A DNA stretch of 62,052 nucleotides from Candidatus Woesearchaeota archaeon (GCA_964372375.1 CAYJQF010000001.1:1-62052); one strand, 5' to 3'. Counted from the first letter of the stretch, positions 18,615 to 28,096 are shown. The notes: generated by a model not told the origin, from the letters alone. A program made the numbers and translations.

Positions 18615-21600
18615 CTAGCTGGCACTGCTTCTCCGGGTAGCAAAGAAGTAAAACAAGGCAAGTATTCCTAGTGCTGCTATAAACTGTACTGAGCCAAAGA
18701 ACGGCAGTTCAAATGCAGGTCGCCCACAAGGTATGGGATACTCTCCAGGAGTGCAGCTGAAGCAGGCTAAAGAACCTTCAGGAGATGCATCTACATGAAC
18801 GCGATAATATCCATTCACACATGAACTGATATTGGTAGCATGTTCATAGCAGCTTCCCATACTAACGCCAGCACTCGTCTGGATAGTCGTGTTTAAGACA
18901 CATTGAGCGTCTTTCCAGGCGCAGCTTGCAACAACAATGCCAGCACTACAACTATTTTCCTGGGAACTTTGTTGGTATTGCCATAATCCGTACGCATCAC
19001 GCTCACACTCAGACTTTGTCCCATAGTTTTCACAGCGTATTGGTGCGTTGTCTGGCTTGGGCACACAACCAGAGGTTTCACTGCATACATAGTTTGCTGG
19101 ACAGCACTCATCACTGGTGCCCGCATTCCCATCTCTTCCTTTACAGGCATTGCTGTTATAGTTTTGTATCGAGCTTGAATAATTAGTAGTCCCCTGAATA
19201 GCGACGATACCTCCTTGGTTATTTATTACGGTGAAGTTATAGCCGCGATTGATACATTCTCCAAGAGTAAAGTTGCGGGTAAAGCTTCCCTGCAAGTTCA
19301 TACTTCCTGAAGTATAAGTAGCAACAACCTTGAAGGCTTTATCGAATAAAATGGAAGAATGTTCACTTCTGCTAAAAGTTCTGCTTCCTTGTACTTCGCC
19401 AAGACCAGAGAGAAAAGCAGGAAGTTCAGTTCCCTGATTGAACGTGCTCCAGGTAAAGTTGATAGCTGCAAAGCCAGGACTGGGATTTGCATTACTCACA
19501 CTGACATTATTGGAACAGCCAGGAGGCGCATTTGCCGTTTGTCCAGGACAAGTACCTGCAAGACAGGTAATGGTTCCCGAACAGCTTGCATTGTAACTGC
19601 TGTTAATAATATAAGTATCTTGAGCGCTGAAAGGCACGCTTACTGAGCTGAGGTTAGCAAGAGGAATGCTCTCATCTTGTTTAGGCTTATCAATAAATAC
19701 AGAGAGATCAGCATTCATACTTATAACAAGCAGCGCAATCTGTGCTTCTACTGATACACAACCAGGAATAGTTGCTTGTAAGGTAATCGTTTTCTGCCCA
19801 GAAGTAGCAAGGAGATACGTGAAGGTATCTTCATTTCGTATAATGGCATCTTCAGCAATGCTCCAGCGCACGCTGCTTCCTGAGGGGAGTGCAGTGTGTG
19901 CAAAGATAACGGAGGTATTTGCAAAGTAAATGCCTTTATGGACTGGCGAAGCAATACTCACTTCACAGCCGCTGCCAGCAATAACTCCCGCAGTTTTACT
20001 AGTAGTTAAAATACCAGAGCCAATTGCTTTGCCTGAGACGCTCGCGTTGAAATAAAATTCAAGATACTGATCGCTTGAACCGTAGTCTTCATCAAAGAAT
20101 CCCTGTCCAACGCCCGCAGCAATATCACTGTCAGTAATGGTCCAATTGGCACGCGCAATACCCTGCACATCAACTACTCCAGTCAAGTTTGCATTTCCTG
20201 TTCGTATAGGATCATCAACTGATGCATCTTTCTCCCAAATCTCAAAGGTGACTGCTGTACCTGGAGTAAAATTGGTTTCTGCATACAAAACAACTGAGGA
20301 ATACCTGCTTGCACTGCTTACAGAAAGTGCGGTAGTTCTATCGCGCCAACTTGCTCCATTGAATCCCAGAACTCTAAATCCCTGGGCAAGACAGCACACT
20401 TTTTGAGGGTAAGAATAAGAAGCAACAGCAAGATGCGCATTTGTCTGCGAGGAGAGAGTAAGAATCGCTTGTTCACCAGCGCTACAAGTGCTCTTGAGAG
20501 TGCAAGAAAGAACACCATAACACACCGTTATAGGGTAATGTGATAAAGTAGCATCTTCAGCATGCGCATTGCTTACTGATGAGAGTTTCACAATGCTATT
20601 GCTCCCCGTACACGTCCAAGGATTGTTGCTGCCAGTATAGTTACTTCCAAAAATCTTGTCATAACATATTGAATATTGTGCATTTACATCTTTATTAGTT
20701 ACATTAAAGACTGCCGTATGAGAATTATTTTGGCTGTATAAAGAAAGTATTGTTTGATTCTCTGCTGAGCACATGTTTGTTCCTGATTGTGAAACAGATT
20801 GTGCAATTGTATAATTGATGATGACTAGACCATTAGCTCCTGCAGCTCCACCGGTTGTAGTAGGAACTCCAAACTGACTAGACCTATGCATCCCACCTCC
20901 CCCTCCTCCTCCAGGAGCCTTACCCTGATTAGCAGGTGTTGGTACATTACTTATCGTGCAATCTAGACCATTACCGCCGTCCCCAACTCTTGAACCAACG
21001 AGGAATGTAAGCACTCCATTAGCAAAAATAGCTCCGCCTCCACTTACACCTCCCCCTCCTCCGCTATTCATACTACCATCACCGCCACGAATAGATGTAT
21101 AATTACCTCCAATTCCTCCAATTCCACATCCATCTGGACGTCCCGCACTCCAGAATCCATATCCTCCAATTCCCGCCCATCCTCCAGGGATAGACCTCTG
21201 AACCGCATTACTTGTTCCTCCATTTCCAGCAAAAGCACCACCTATTTGATAGCTTCCTTCTCCCCCTCCCCCACCGCCAGTTGCATTAAGTGCCACACCA
21301 TTTCCTGAAAATGTAGTTGTTCCTCCATTCAATCCTTTCGAGGCACCAACACTTCCTCCATTACCTCCACTACCCACCACGATAGTATAAGTAGTGCCCG
21401 GTAGTACATTTATTGTTTGGAGACCATAGCCTCCTCCCCCACCTCCTCCCCCACCACTAGTAAAGAAATCTCGAATACCTGGTTCCACATAATATTTTGC
21501 AGCACCAGGACCGCCACCTCCTCCCCCACCCCAAAGTTCAACACTAATTGAGTAAACATTAGCAGGAACAGTCCACGTAGATGGATTAAAAGAGCTATCA

Positions 21601-21686
21601 AAAACAACTTGCTCAGCGCGCGCATATCCAAGAAAAAGGATAAAAAAAATTATTGAGAATACTACCAGGAAATGAAATCGCCTCAT
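18615..21686 (-). CDS. giant surface protein with N-terminal glycine-rich domain, Cys-rich repeats and C-terminal TM anchor
   Basis: The start is moved to MRRFHFLVVFSIIFFILFLGYARA (ATG 21686), which lies 26 nt after TTTATAAATA. It carries TVPANVYSISVELWGGGGGGGPG..GGGGGGGGGYG and several further poly-G blocks (about 20830-21560). There are three C..ILxLSSxxNAH repeats (about 20400-20780). The C-terminal anchor is FIAALGILALFYFFATRR. Confidence 0.8.
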   Translation of the reverse strand: MRRFHFLVVFSIIFFILFLGYARAEQVVFDSSFNPSTWTVPANVYSISVELWGGGGGGGPGAAKYYVEPGIRDFFTSGGGGGGGGGYGLQTINVLPGTTYTIVVGSGGNGGSVGASKGLNGGTTTFSGNGVALNATGGGGGGEGSYQIGGAFAGNGGTSNAVQRSIPGGWAGIGGYGFWSAGRPDGCGIGGIGGNYTSIRGGDGSMNSGGGGGVSGGGAIFANGVLTFLVGSRVGDGGNGLDCTISNVPTPANQGKAPGGGGGGGMHRSSQFGVPTTTGGAAGANGLVIINYTIAQSVSQSGTNMCSAENQTILSLYSQNNSHTAVFNVTNKDVNAQYSICYDKIFGSNYTGSNNPWTCTGSNSIVKLSSVSNAHAEDATLSHYPITVCYGVLSCTLKSTCSAGEQAILTLSSQTNAHLAVASYSYPQKVCCLAQGFRVLGFNGASWRDRTTALSVSSASRYSSVVLYAETNFTPGTAVTFEIWEKDASVDDPIRTGNANLTGVVDVQGIARANWTITDSDIAAGVGQGFFDEDYGSSDQYLEFYFNASVSGKAIGSGILTTSKTAGVIAGSGCEVSIASPVHKGIYFANTSVIFAHTALPSGSSVRWSIAEDAIIRNEDTFTYLLATSGQKTITLQATIPGCVSVEAQIALLVISMNADLSVFIDKPKQDESIPLANLSSVSVPFSAQDTYIINSSYNASCSGTITCLAGTCPGQTANAPPGCSNNVSVSNANPSPGFAAINFTWSTFNQGTELPAFLSGLGEVQGSRTFSRSEHSSILFDKAFKVVATYTSGSMNLQGSFTRNFTLGECINRGYNFTVINNQGGIVAIQGTTNYSSSIQNYNSNACKGRDGNAGTSDECCPANYVCSETSGCVPKPDNAPIRCENYGTKSECERDAYGLWQYQQSSQENSCSAGIVVASCAWKDAQCVLNTTIQTSAGVSMGSCYEHATNISSCVNGYYRVHVDASPEGSLACFSCTPGEYPIPCGRPAFELPFFGSVQFIAALGILALFYFFATRRSSAS

Positions 21687-21707
21687 AGCTCCTGAAGCTT
21701 CTTTCTC

Positions 21708-21717
21708 TTTATAAATA
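21708..21717 (-). promoter_or_regulatory. TATA-like box for the glycine-rich protein gene
   Basis: TATTTATAAA on the minus strand is centred 26 nt upstream of ATG 21686. It lies at the upstream edge of the 31-nt spacer before ATG 21686, abutting the stop codon of the preceding pilin-like gene (21718-21720). Confidence 0.5.
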
Positions 21718-22140
21718 TTATCGGGCTTGCGCACGGAACAAGAACACCTTTACCCGCTGAGGATTGATCGTTTCCTGAGCAGGAAGGGCACTAATAAGGC
21801 GCTCACCGGCGCAAATATCAAGGTTATCAAGCCCGCTTTCATTCAAAGCACAGCCAATCTCATCTACAGGGCCGCAAACACTAACCCTCGATGCGATACC
21901 TGGATTGGCAATCCGTGCATCAACAAATATCTTAATCACGGTGGTCTGATGAGAGAGGGCGTTTTCACGCAATGAATTATTCTTTGCAATCTCATCTAAC
22001 AAACCAGGAATGAGCGAGCAGAGACTATTTATAGGCGATTCTGCTTGACGGTATGAAAGTACAACTAATACTGCTCCAATAATGATGAGAATAGACACCA
22101 GCGCTTCAACGATTCTAAGCCATCCTTGTTTATTTACCAT
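21718..22140 (-). CDS. pilin-like protein (class III signal peptide)
   Basis: MVNKQGWLRIVEALVSILIIIGAVLVVLSY has a basic leader, Gly, then a hydrophobic helix with Glu near +6. It overlaps the upstream gene by 7 nt. Confidence 0.55.
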   Translation of the reverse strand: MVNKQGWLRIVEALVSILIIIGAVLVVLSYRQAESPINSLCSLIPGLLDEIAKNNSLRENALSHQTTVIKIFVDARIANPGIASRVSVCGPVDEIGCALNESGLDNLDICAGERLISALPAQETINPQRVKVFLFRAQAR

Positions 22141-22874
22141 ATTTTTACCTCTACATCGCCAAAGACAAACCGCCCATCTGTTCTAAGAATTTCAACTCGT
22201 TTTGTCTTTGCATACACGGTGGTTTTGAGAAGCAGAGGCTTTTCCATGAGTATCCTGTCTCCTTCTGAGAAACTGACAGCGATACCGAGCTCATAGCCGG
22301 CGCCAAGACCAAGGGCTGCTTTTGTCTGTTCGTACTCTTTCGTATAGGTAGTATTCAGAGCAAGCAGCCGCTGCTCTGAAAGTAACGTTATGTTTGTCTT
22401 TGAGGCAAGAGCATACAAGTGCTCTTGAACCTGCCCCTTTGAATGTACGGTCCCATATGCAGTACGTAAGTCAGGACTGACTCTCACAAATACCAGTTTC
22501 TCATTTCCTTGGCGCTCAAAGTAGATGATATCGTGCTCCAGGGACGAAGGTAATATCGCTCCCGTATAGTTGACTACTTGGACACCAACGCCTGCAAAGG
22601 TTCGAGAAAGATTAACTGCAAGAAAGGTAGTGCTCTCTGGTGCGCTTAGGGCAAGGCTATACTGCTCTACTCCAACACTGGTATTTCTACTAAGTTGTTC
22701 TAGTAGGTATGGAGTGAAGCTTGGGTCCTCAGAAGTATGTTTTGTAGTAAAAAAGTATAAAGCGAAAAGCACTGCCCCTATGAAGAGGACGGAAGCAAGG
22801 ATTATTTCTACATGACTCATTCCTCTTTGGTACATACACATGCCACTCTCGAATCTTTTATATACTTTCTGCAT
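22134..22874 (-). CDS. pilin-like protein (class III signal peptide, Glu+5)
   Basis: ..MYQRG/MSHVEIILASVLFIGAVLFALYFF has Glu at +5 after the putative cleavage Gly. The true start may be the internal ATG at 22841 or 22835. Confidence 0.55.
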   Translation of the reverse strand: MQKVYKRFESGMCMYQRGMSHVEIILASVLFIGAVLFALYFFTTKHTSEDPSFTPYLLEQLSRNTSVGVEQYSLALSAPESTTFLAVNLSRTFAGVGVQVVNYTGAILPSSLEHDIIYFERQGNEKLVFVRVSPDLRTAYGTVHSKGQVQEHLYALASKTNITLLSEQRLLALNTTYTKEYEQTKAALGLGAGYELGIAVSFSEGDRILMEKPLLLKTTVYAKTKRVEILRTDGRFVFGDVEVKIW

Positions 22875-22912
22875 GCAAACAGCTTTTTATAATCGTCTTT
22901 GTTCAATACTAA

Positions 22913-23689
22913 GTGACGCTCTTACAGGAATTGACTACGTTGCTGAAGCAGAAGCGAGAACTTCAGGATATTGCAGAGAGCGTAGTGCAAACAACACTTG
23001 AAGAGCAGTTACGAAAAAACAAGCTCTCGACAACAGCGAATCTAACTGCCAAGGAGAAAAAAATACTGGTAAAGGAAGCGCGCGCAGTACTGAGACAGTC
23101 AGCTGGCCAGTATCATGCTCCCTTATCAAAAGCAGCAACTGTACCGGAATTGCTCAAAAGCCACACCTCTACAAGGGAGAGACAGGCACTATATCCCTTG
23201 CTTAAGCGGAAAATACACGAGCTTAAGGTTACTTCTGTTCTTGACCTTGGCTGTGGGTTGAATCCTCTTGCATTAGCGGAGCCCTCTGTGAGATATTATG
23301 CAGCAGATATTCGCCAGGATGATCTTGCACGAGTGGATGCTTTCTTCAAGAAACACAATATCAAAGGCAAAGCATTTGTGTATGATGCTAAAAGGATAGA
23401 TACTTCATTGCCACCTGTTGATCTTTGTCTTTTGATGCAACTAGTCGACGTTCTGGAAAAGCGAGGACACAAACTTGCAGAAAAGATTCTCACTACGGTA
23501 TCTGCCCGTTATTTTTGTATTAGTTTTGCAACAAAAACGATTTCAGGGAGACCTATGAATCATCCGCAGCGAGGGTGGATTGAGCGCCTCTTACTCCGTC
23601 TCGGGTATCCCTTTGAATGCATAAAGACCAAAAAGGAGATTTTCTACTTTGCTGAGAAGCCTAAAGTAATTTCACCCCAGTCGCGATGA
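22913..23689 (+). CDS. Arm/Rmt (FmrO)-family 16S rRNA methyltransferase homolog
   Basis: 258 aa with SHTSTRERQ, VLDLGCGLNPLAL (SAM motif I), QLVDVLEKR and ISFATKTISGR. By eye these align with the conserved blocks of RmtB/ArmA-type m7G1405 methyltransferases. The GTG start lies about 24 nt after TTTTTATAA. Confidence 0.65.
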   Translation: MTLLQELTTLLKQKRELQDIAESVVQTTLEEQLRKNKLSTTANLTAKEKKILVKEARAVLRQSAGQYHAPLSKAATVPELLKSHTSTRERQALYPLLKRKIHELKVTSVLDLGCGLNPLALAEPSVRYYAADIRQDDLARVDAFFKKHNIKGKAFVYDAKRIDTSLPPVDLCLLMQLVDVLEKRGHKLAEKILTTVSARYFCISFATKTISGRPMNHPQRGWIERLLLRLGYPFECIKTKKEIFYFAEKPKVISPQSR

Positions 23690-24518
23690 GATATGCCGAT
23701 ACCACAAGGAAGAATGAATGTTTAATGCCTGCTTTAAGTGATCCTTCAGTGAGTTTTCCAATTGCAAAACCAGTAAAGAATCCCTGTGCCATGAGCAGAT
23801 ATAAAAAAAGATTAGTAAGCTCATCTACTGTAAAAACAGGGGTATTTGTGCTTACTGCTTCAAGGGCTGATGCGCTTGCTCCAACTCCTTTAAAGGAAGT
23901 AATCTGGACCGCAAGCGGCAGAATTTTAAACTCCATAACAAGCATAATGCCAATAAAAATAAAGAAGATAATGTATCCCTGTACAACTAAATTCGATATT
24001 GCTGCTTTGCGTTCTTTCTTCAGCTTTTCAACTTCGGAAATAGACTTGGCAACTGAATCAAGAATGTAGTCAATCTCTCCACCTGCTCGCTCAGCTTCGC
24101 TAATAAGTCCTACCGCTCGGGTGATTACTGGATTGTCAACATCTCGGGCAAAGTTCTGAAGCGCCTGATTTACTGGAATTCCCAGAGCTATTTGATTCGC
24201 TAACTTACTAACTGAGGGGCTCAGCGGTCCATAATTCTTCTTGCTAATGTTTACTATACTCTTGCTAATGGGTGTCCCGGTAATAACGCTTTCTGCGAGA
24301 TTCCTAGAAAATTCAAGAAACAGAGCATTAATTTCTTCTTCACGCTTGCTTTCACTCACAAGGCTTACGATAAAAGGCAATGCGATAACAACTATTCCTA
24401 TGCCTGCTATAAAGTAGAAAAGGTTCTTCTGCTCCTGTACAAAAAAGAAGATACTTCCAATTACTATAAGAACAATACCAGCAACAATGCCTATCCAATG
24501 TGTCTTTTTAAGTTTCAT
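23661..24518 (-). CDS. type IV pilus platform protein, single T2SSF domain (FlaJ/TadC-like)
   Basis: 285 aa. N-terminal TMs, then a T2SSF-like cytoplasmic domain (LFLEFSRNLAESVITGTPISKSI..GIPVNQALQNFARDV), then C-terminal TMs. Confidence 0.8.
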   Translation of the reverse strand: MKLKKTHWIGIVAGIVLIVIGSIFFFVQEQKNLFYFIAGIGIVVIALPFIVSLVSESKREEEINALFLEFSRNLAESVITGTPISKSIVNISKKNYGPLSPSVSKLANQIALGIPVNQALQNFARDVDNPVITRAVGLISEAERAGGEIDYILDSVAKSISEVEKLKKERKAAISNLVVQGYIIFFIFIGIMLVMEFKILPLAVQITSFKGVGASASALEAVSTNTPVFTVDELTNLFLYLLMAQGFFTGFAIGKLTEGSLKAGIKHSFFLVVSAYLIATGVKLL

Positions 24519-25795
24519 TAGTATGAAGGTTGTTTTATATGGAGAATAGTAAGAAAGATAAGATTGATAATGGCAATGAGCGCAATAATAGCCGCAGTCA
24601 TGCTCGCAGGAGTGATACCTACATTAAAGTCGCCAATAGAAAGCAGGATAAAGAGTAAGAGGAGGATCATGGGCGCAGCAATTACTACCGTAATATAAAT
24701 ATCCATAAAGGTCTCTGCAATCTTAGTGAATTGCTCTCGCTCCAACCGGTAGCTGACGAGTAACGTCTCAGCACGCTTTTCAAAGAAACTTTGAAGGCTG
24801 CCTCCTGAAGTGATAGTTGTTGAGAGGCCAAGAAAGAGCTCAGCCAGCTTCGGGCTTGATGAATTCTGTGCCGCATTGTTGAGTGCAGTTACTAAGTCAT
24901 AACCATAGAGATTAATTTGGTTGAGAAGCTTTCTGATCTCTTTTCGTAAAAACGGATATTCAGTGCTTAAAACAATAATTTTAAAGATATTTGTCGGCTC
25001 AAGGCCCGCTCCAGAAATTGCATTCATATGAATAACTGCAAAAGGTAATTCACGATCAATTCTCTTTGCAAGCGATCCAATTTCTGTTGAAGGGTAGGCA
25101 TATAAAATAAGATAAGAAGCAAGCGCAAAAAAAGGAGGAATCCAAATGCTCCAGGCAATTTTTAGTAGAATACTTCCTTGGATCAAGAAGAAAACACCTA
25201 AGGCAAGTATAGTTCCTGCAATCAAACCGATAAACGAAGTGAAAAACATGAGTGAAATATAGCTTTCAGGCAGGATAGAAAGGTTTGCTTTTCGTAAGTC
25301 AGTGCGCAATTTAGCAAAATGTCCTGCTTGTAACAGGCGCTGTGCAGGCGAAAAGAAGAAACGATTTGAGAGTTTGACATATCCACGCGAGTGCTGAAAC
25401 GAGTCTTCCATTTCTTTTATTTTTCCATAGTGTTGTTTCTTGATAGCAGCGAGCGCTTTCTCACTAATCTGGAGCTCATGTAGGAACTTTTCTTTGTCTT
25501 TTGCATGCACAGTAACACTCATACTCTCCCCTGATGGCTTGGAAAAGGAGAAGCGTTCAAGTGAAGTGCGTCGTTCTTGCTGTTTTCCCGGAAGCCGCTG
25601 TGAGATGCTTATTCCAGCGACCAGCGCAGGAACAGAAGCATTTAAGAGTTTCATCTGCGCTTGTAGGGCAAGCAGCGCCTCACGAAGCATCTTCTCTTCG
25701 GTAGGTGTTGCTAAAGCAAGGCGCTGGCTATAGCTTGCAATTTCACGCAACATGCTAACTTCACTGTCTACGTTTTTAGTTAGCTCTTGTATCAT
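24518..25795 (-). CDS. type IV pilus platform protein, single T2SSF domain (FlaJ/TadB-like)
   Basis: 425 aa with a T2SSF-like region ELPFAVIHMNAISGAGLEPTNIFKII..GYDLVTALNNAA flanked by TMs. Its stop shares 1 nt with the next start. Confidence 0.8.
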   Translation of the reverse strand: MIQELTKNVDSEVSMLREIASYSQRLALATPTEEKMLREALLALQAQMKLLNASVPALVAGISISQRLPGKQQERRTSLERFSFSKPSGESMSVTVHAKDKEKFLHELQISEKALAAIKKQHYGKIKEMEDSFQHSRGYVKLSNRFFFSPAQRLLQAGHFAKLRTDLRKANLSILPESYISLMFFTSFIGLIAGTILALGVFFLIQGSILLKIAWSIWIPPFFALASYLILYAYPSTEIGSLAKRIDRELPFAVIHMNAISGAGLEPTNIFKIIVLSTEYPFLRKEIRKLLNQINLYGYDLVTALNNAAQNSSSPKLAELFLGLSTTITSGGSLQSFFEKRAETLLVSYRLEREQFTKIAETFMDIYITVVIAAPMILLLLFILLSIGDFNVGITPASMTAAIIALIAIINLIFLTILHIKQPSY

Positions 25796-25953
25796 ACTAG
25801 CTCGTTGATTTGCATGTGCAAATGCAGAATTTCCTTTTTAGCGAGGGCAACTTGTTCACTATCTTTATGTTTAACTGCCGTATCTAGTTTCTGTACCACT
25901 TCTTTCATGGTAGCAAGAAGATGGGCAAGTGCAGTTACCGCCTCTTTGTCCAT
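25792..25953 (-). CDS. 53-aa helical miniprotein coupled to the platform gene
   Basis: MDKEAVTALAHLLATMKEVVQKLDTAVKHKDSEQVALAKKEILHLHMQINELV, verified codon by codon. Its TGA overlaps the ATG of the 425-aa gene (ATGA). It is below the ORF-track cutoff. Confidence 0.45.
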   Translation of the reverse strand: MDKEAVTALAHLLATMKEVVQKLDTAVKHKDSEQVALAKKEILHLHMQINELV

Positions 25954-25989
25954 AGCGGGAAAAACAGAGCCTTGTTTAAATATCTTTCA

Positions 25990-27513
25990 TTACTCGCTAA
26001 TATCGAATCTATTCAGTACCGCGATAGGATTCTTATGGTATTCATTAATAATATTGCCCACTTCGTGGAAACCGAAAATGCCTCGCTTGAACAGTTCATA
26101 CAGGAGTTTAGAGCGAGTGGCGAACTCTTTTTGGAGTTGTTCAAGCGAGAGACCTTGTCGCGTTGCTATTTTTTCGAAGACTTTACTCTGTTTCTTAAAG
26201 TAAAAGTTGTCGGTTGAAGGATTCCAGATTAAAGGCGTATTAATTAAAGCAGTGCCATCTTTGTTTACATTTATAATTTCTACAACTTCACGGACGCGCC
26301 TTGTCTCATGCTGTTGAATAGTGGCATGGGTCGCAATAACAACACAGTCTAATGAATTGACAAGACTTGGCGAGAGCTCAATGGGCGGTGTCTGCAGTCT
26401 TCGGATGAGCGTATCAACCGAGTCTGCATGCATCGTGCTGAGAGAAGGGTGTCCAGAAGCCATTCCCTGGAAAAGCACAAATGCCTCTTTGCCTCGTACT
26501 TCTCCCACAATCAAATAGTCAGGCATTTGTCTGAACGAGCTTTTAAGAAGGGCGAATAAATCGACTTCACCAACTTTTCCGATTCCAATAGACGGGCGGG
26601 CTACTGCCGGGAGCCAGTTTTCTCTAGGCAGGTTAATTTCTCTGGTATCTTCAATGCTCACCACTCTCGCTTCAGGAGGGATAAAAAAAGCAAGCGCATT
26701 TAAGAGAGTGGTTTTGCCTGAGCCCGTTCCTCCCGAGATAAGGATATTTGACTTATACTGAATCAGGATCCAAAAGTAAGCAAGCATTTCTGGGCTGAGG
26801 GTATTAAAGGCGATAAGCTGTGTCGGAGTCCAAGGAGTCTTAGTAAATTTACGTATGGTGAACGTGGGTCCATTTGAGGTTACATCTTTAGTATAAGAAG
26901 CATTGACTCTGCTCCCGTCAGGCAGGCTTCCATCAAGCAAGGGCTGCGCATAAGAGATATAGCGGCCAGTGCGCTGTGCGAGTTTCTCAACAAAGCTTGC
27001 GAGCACATCAATATCTTTGAACAGTAAGTTAGTCCTCATATTTCTGTACGTGCGATGGATGATATACAAGGGAGTCTCTATACCATTACACTCAATATCT
27101 TCGATGAAATAGTCGCGCATAAGCGGATCAATGGAGCTTAAACCGATAAAATCGCGAAAGAGATAGTAAAAAAGTTTATTGTAGGTCTCATCAGAAAGGG
27201 CCATATTCAGCTCTTCAATAAGCAGCCGCGCTGTTTTATCGATGTAGGTTGTCGTAGCTTCTAATGTTCTGTCAACGGCCACATTAACATTAATGAGTTC
27301 GAACATTGCCTGTTCAAGTCTCTCTAAAACAACGCGCTCATCATCGCTTAGCATAGGCTCCTCTATGTCATATACTAACTCATTTGCTTGTGTATCCCAA
27401 TAAATATGAGCAGAAGCATACGGGGGAATGAGCATATAGCGCACATCAACTTTTGTTTTATCGTCAATCTTAGGGAGCACCGGTATAGTGGGATTGAGAT
27501 TAAGTGCTTGCAT
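25990..27513 (-). CDS. FlaI/PilB-type (type II/IV secretion family) assembly ATPase
   Basis: 507 aa. Archaeal FlaI-like N-terminus (YMLIPPYASAHIYWD..LVYDIEEP), Walker A SGGTGSGKTTLLNAL, Asp/His boxes. TATA TTTTATATA lies 23 nt upstream. Confidence 0.9.
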   Translation of the reverse strand: MQALNLNPTIPVLPKIDDKTKVDVRYMLIPPYASAHIYWDTQANELVYDIEEPMLSDDERVVLERLEQAMFELINVNVAVDRTLEATTTYIDKTARLLIEELNMALSDETYNKLFYYLFRDFIGLSSIDPLMRDYFIEDIECNGIETPLYIIHRTYRNMRTNLLFKDIDVLASFVEKLAQRTGRYISYAQPLLDGSLPDGSRVNASYTKDVTSNGPTFTIRKFTKTPWTPTQLIAFNTLSPEMLAYFWILIQYKSNILISGGTGSGKTTLLNALAFFIPPEARVVSIEDTREINLPRENWLPAVARPSIGIGKVGEVDLFALLKSSFRQMPDYLIVGEVRGKEAFVLFQGMASGHPSLSTMHADSVDTLIRRLQTPPIELSPSLVNSLDCVVIATHATIQQHETRRVREVVEIINVNKDGTALINTPLIWNPSTDNFYFKKQSKVFEKIATRQGLSLEQLQKEFATRSKLLYELFKRGIFGFHEVGNIINEYHKNPIAVLNRFDISE

Positions 27514-27559
27514 AGGGTAAAAACTCCTCTGAGCTATATAAAACTATCTCGAATTCTAT

Positions 27560-28096
27560 TTAAGAACCAATTCGTATATCTATTACTGGAAGATTTCCAT
27601 TTGCACCTTGATTGCTTACAAAGAAGTGATAGGGAGTAGGCGTCTGAGAGAGTTTCTGTACCGTATCCTTACCCATAGAGGTAATGTTCGCATAGTCTTT
27701 GTATGAAATACTTAAAGCAACTCCCGGTCCGGTGGTATCAGTAAATGAGAGTATCTCAACTCTCCCGTCTGTAACAGGATAGCCGGGCTCCGAGTAGTTC
27801 TCTTGTAAACCGGTGATTTTAAATCGTATTCTATCTTCTGTTCCATTAATGTATAGTTCACCGCGCTTAAAGGCGAGGTCATATGAACGGATATTATCAG
27901 GTCCTAGTTCGACTACTGAAGTGATTGTCTGATCGAGCACTTTAAGTGCACTAATACTCTGCTGAATTAATGCCTGTTCCTGCGCATTGGTAATCTTAGG
28001 GAGGGCATATCCTAAAACTAAGCCGATCAGTGCTAATCCCATTAAAGTATACAGTACTGTTTCTATCCATATTTGTGCTGTTTTATTTAAGTACAT
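27560..28096 (-). CDS. pilin-like protein (class III signal peptide, Glu+5)
   Basis: MYLNKTA/QIWIETVLYTLMGLALIGLVLGY. Confidence 0.6.
   Translation of the reverse strand: MYLNKTAQIWIETVLYTLMGLALIGLVLGYALPKITNAQEQALIQQSISALKVLDQTITSVVELGPDNIRSYDLAFKRGELYINGTEDRIRFKITGLQENYSEPGYPVTDGRVEILSFTDTTGPGVALSISYKDYANITSMGKDTVQKLSQTPTPYHFFVSNQGANGNLPVIDIRIGS

Noticed and set aside
20830-21560. Repetitive CCTCC/CCACC tracts that could look like a tandem-repeat or CRISPR-like array
   Set aside because: There are no regular repeat-spacer units. The tracts are the reverse complement of GGN codons in one long ORF (the poly-glycine domain).
15907-21686. Diversity-generating retroelement targeting the giant surface proteins
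   Set aside because: No reverse transcriptase gene and no obvious template/variable repeat pair could be found by eye in this window. It cannot be excluded without a computational repeat search.
25787-26217. Plus-strand ORFs of 138 and 98 aa
   Set aside because: They are antisense to the FlaI-type ATPase 3' end and to the verified 53-aa coupled ORF, and they have no promoter.
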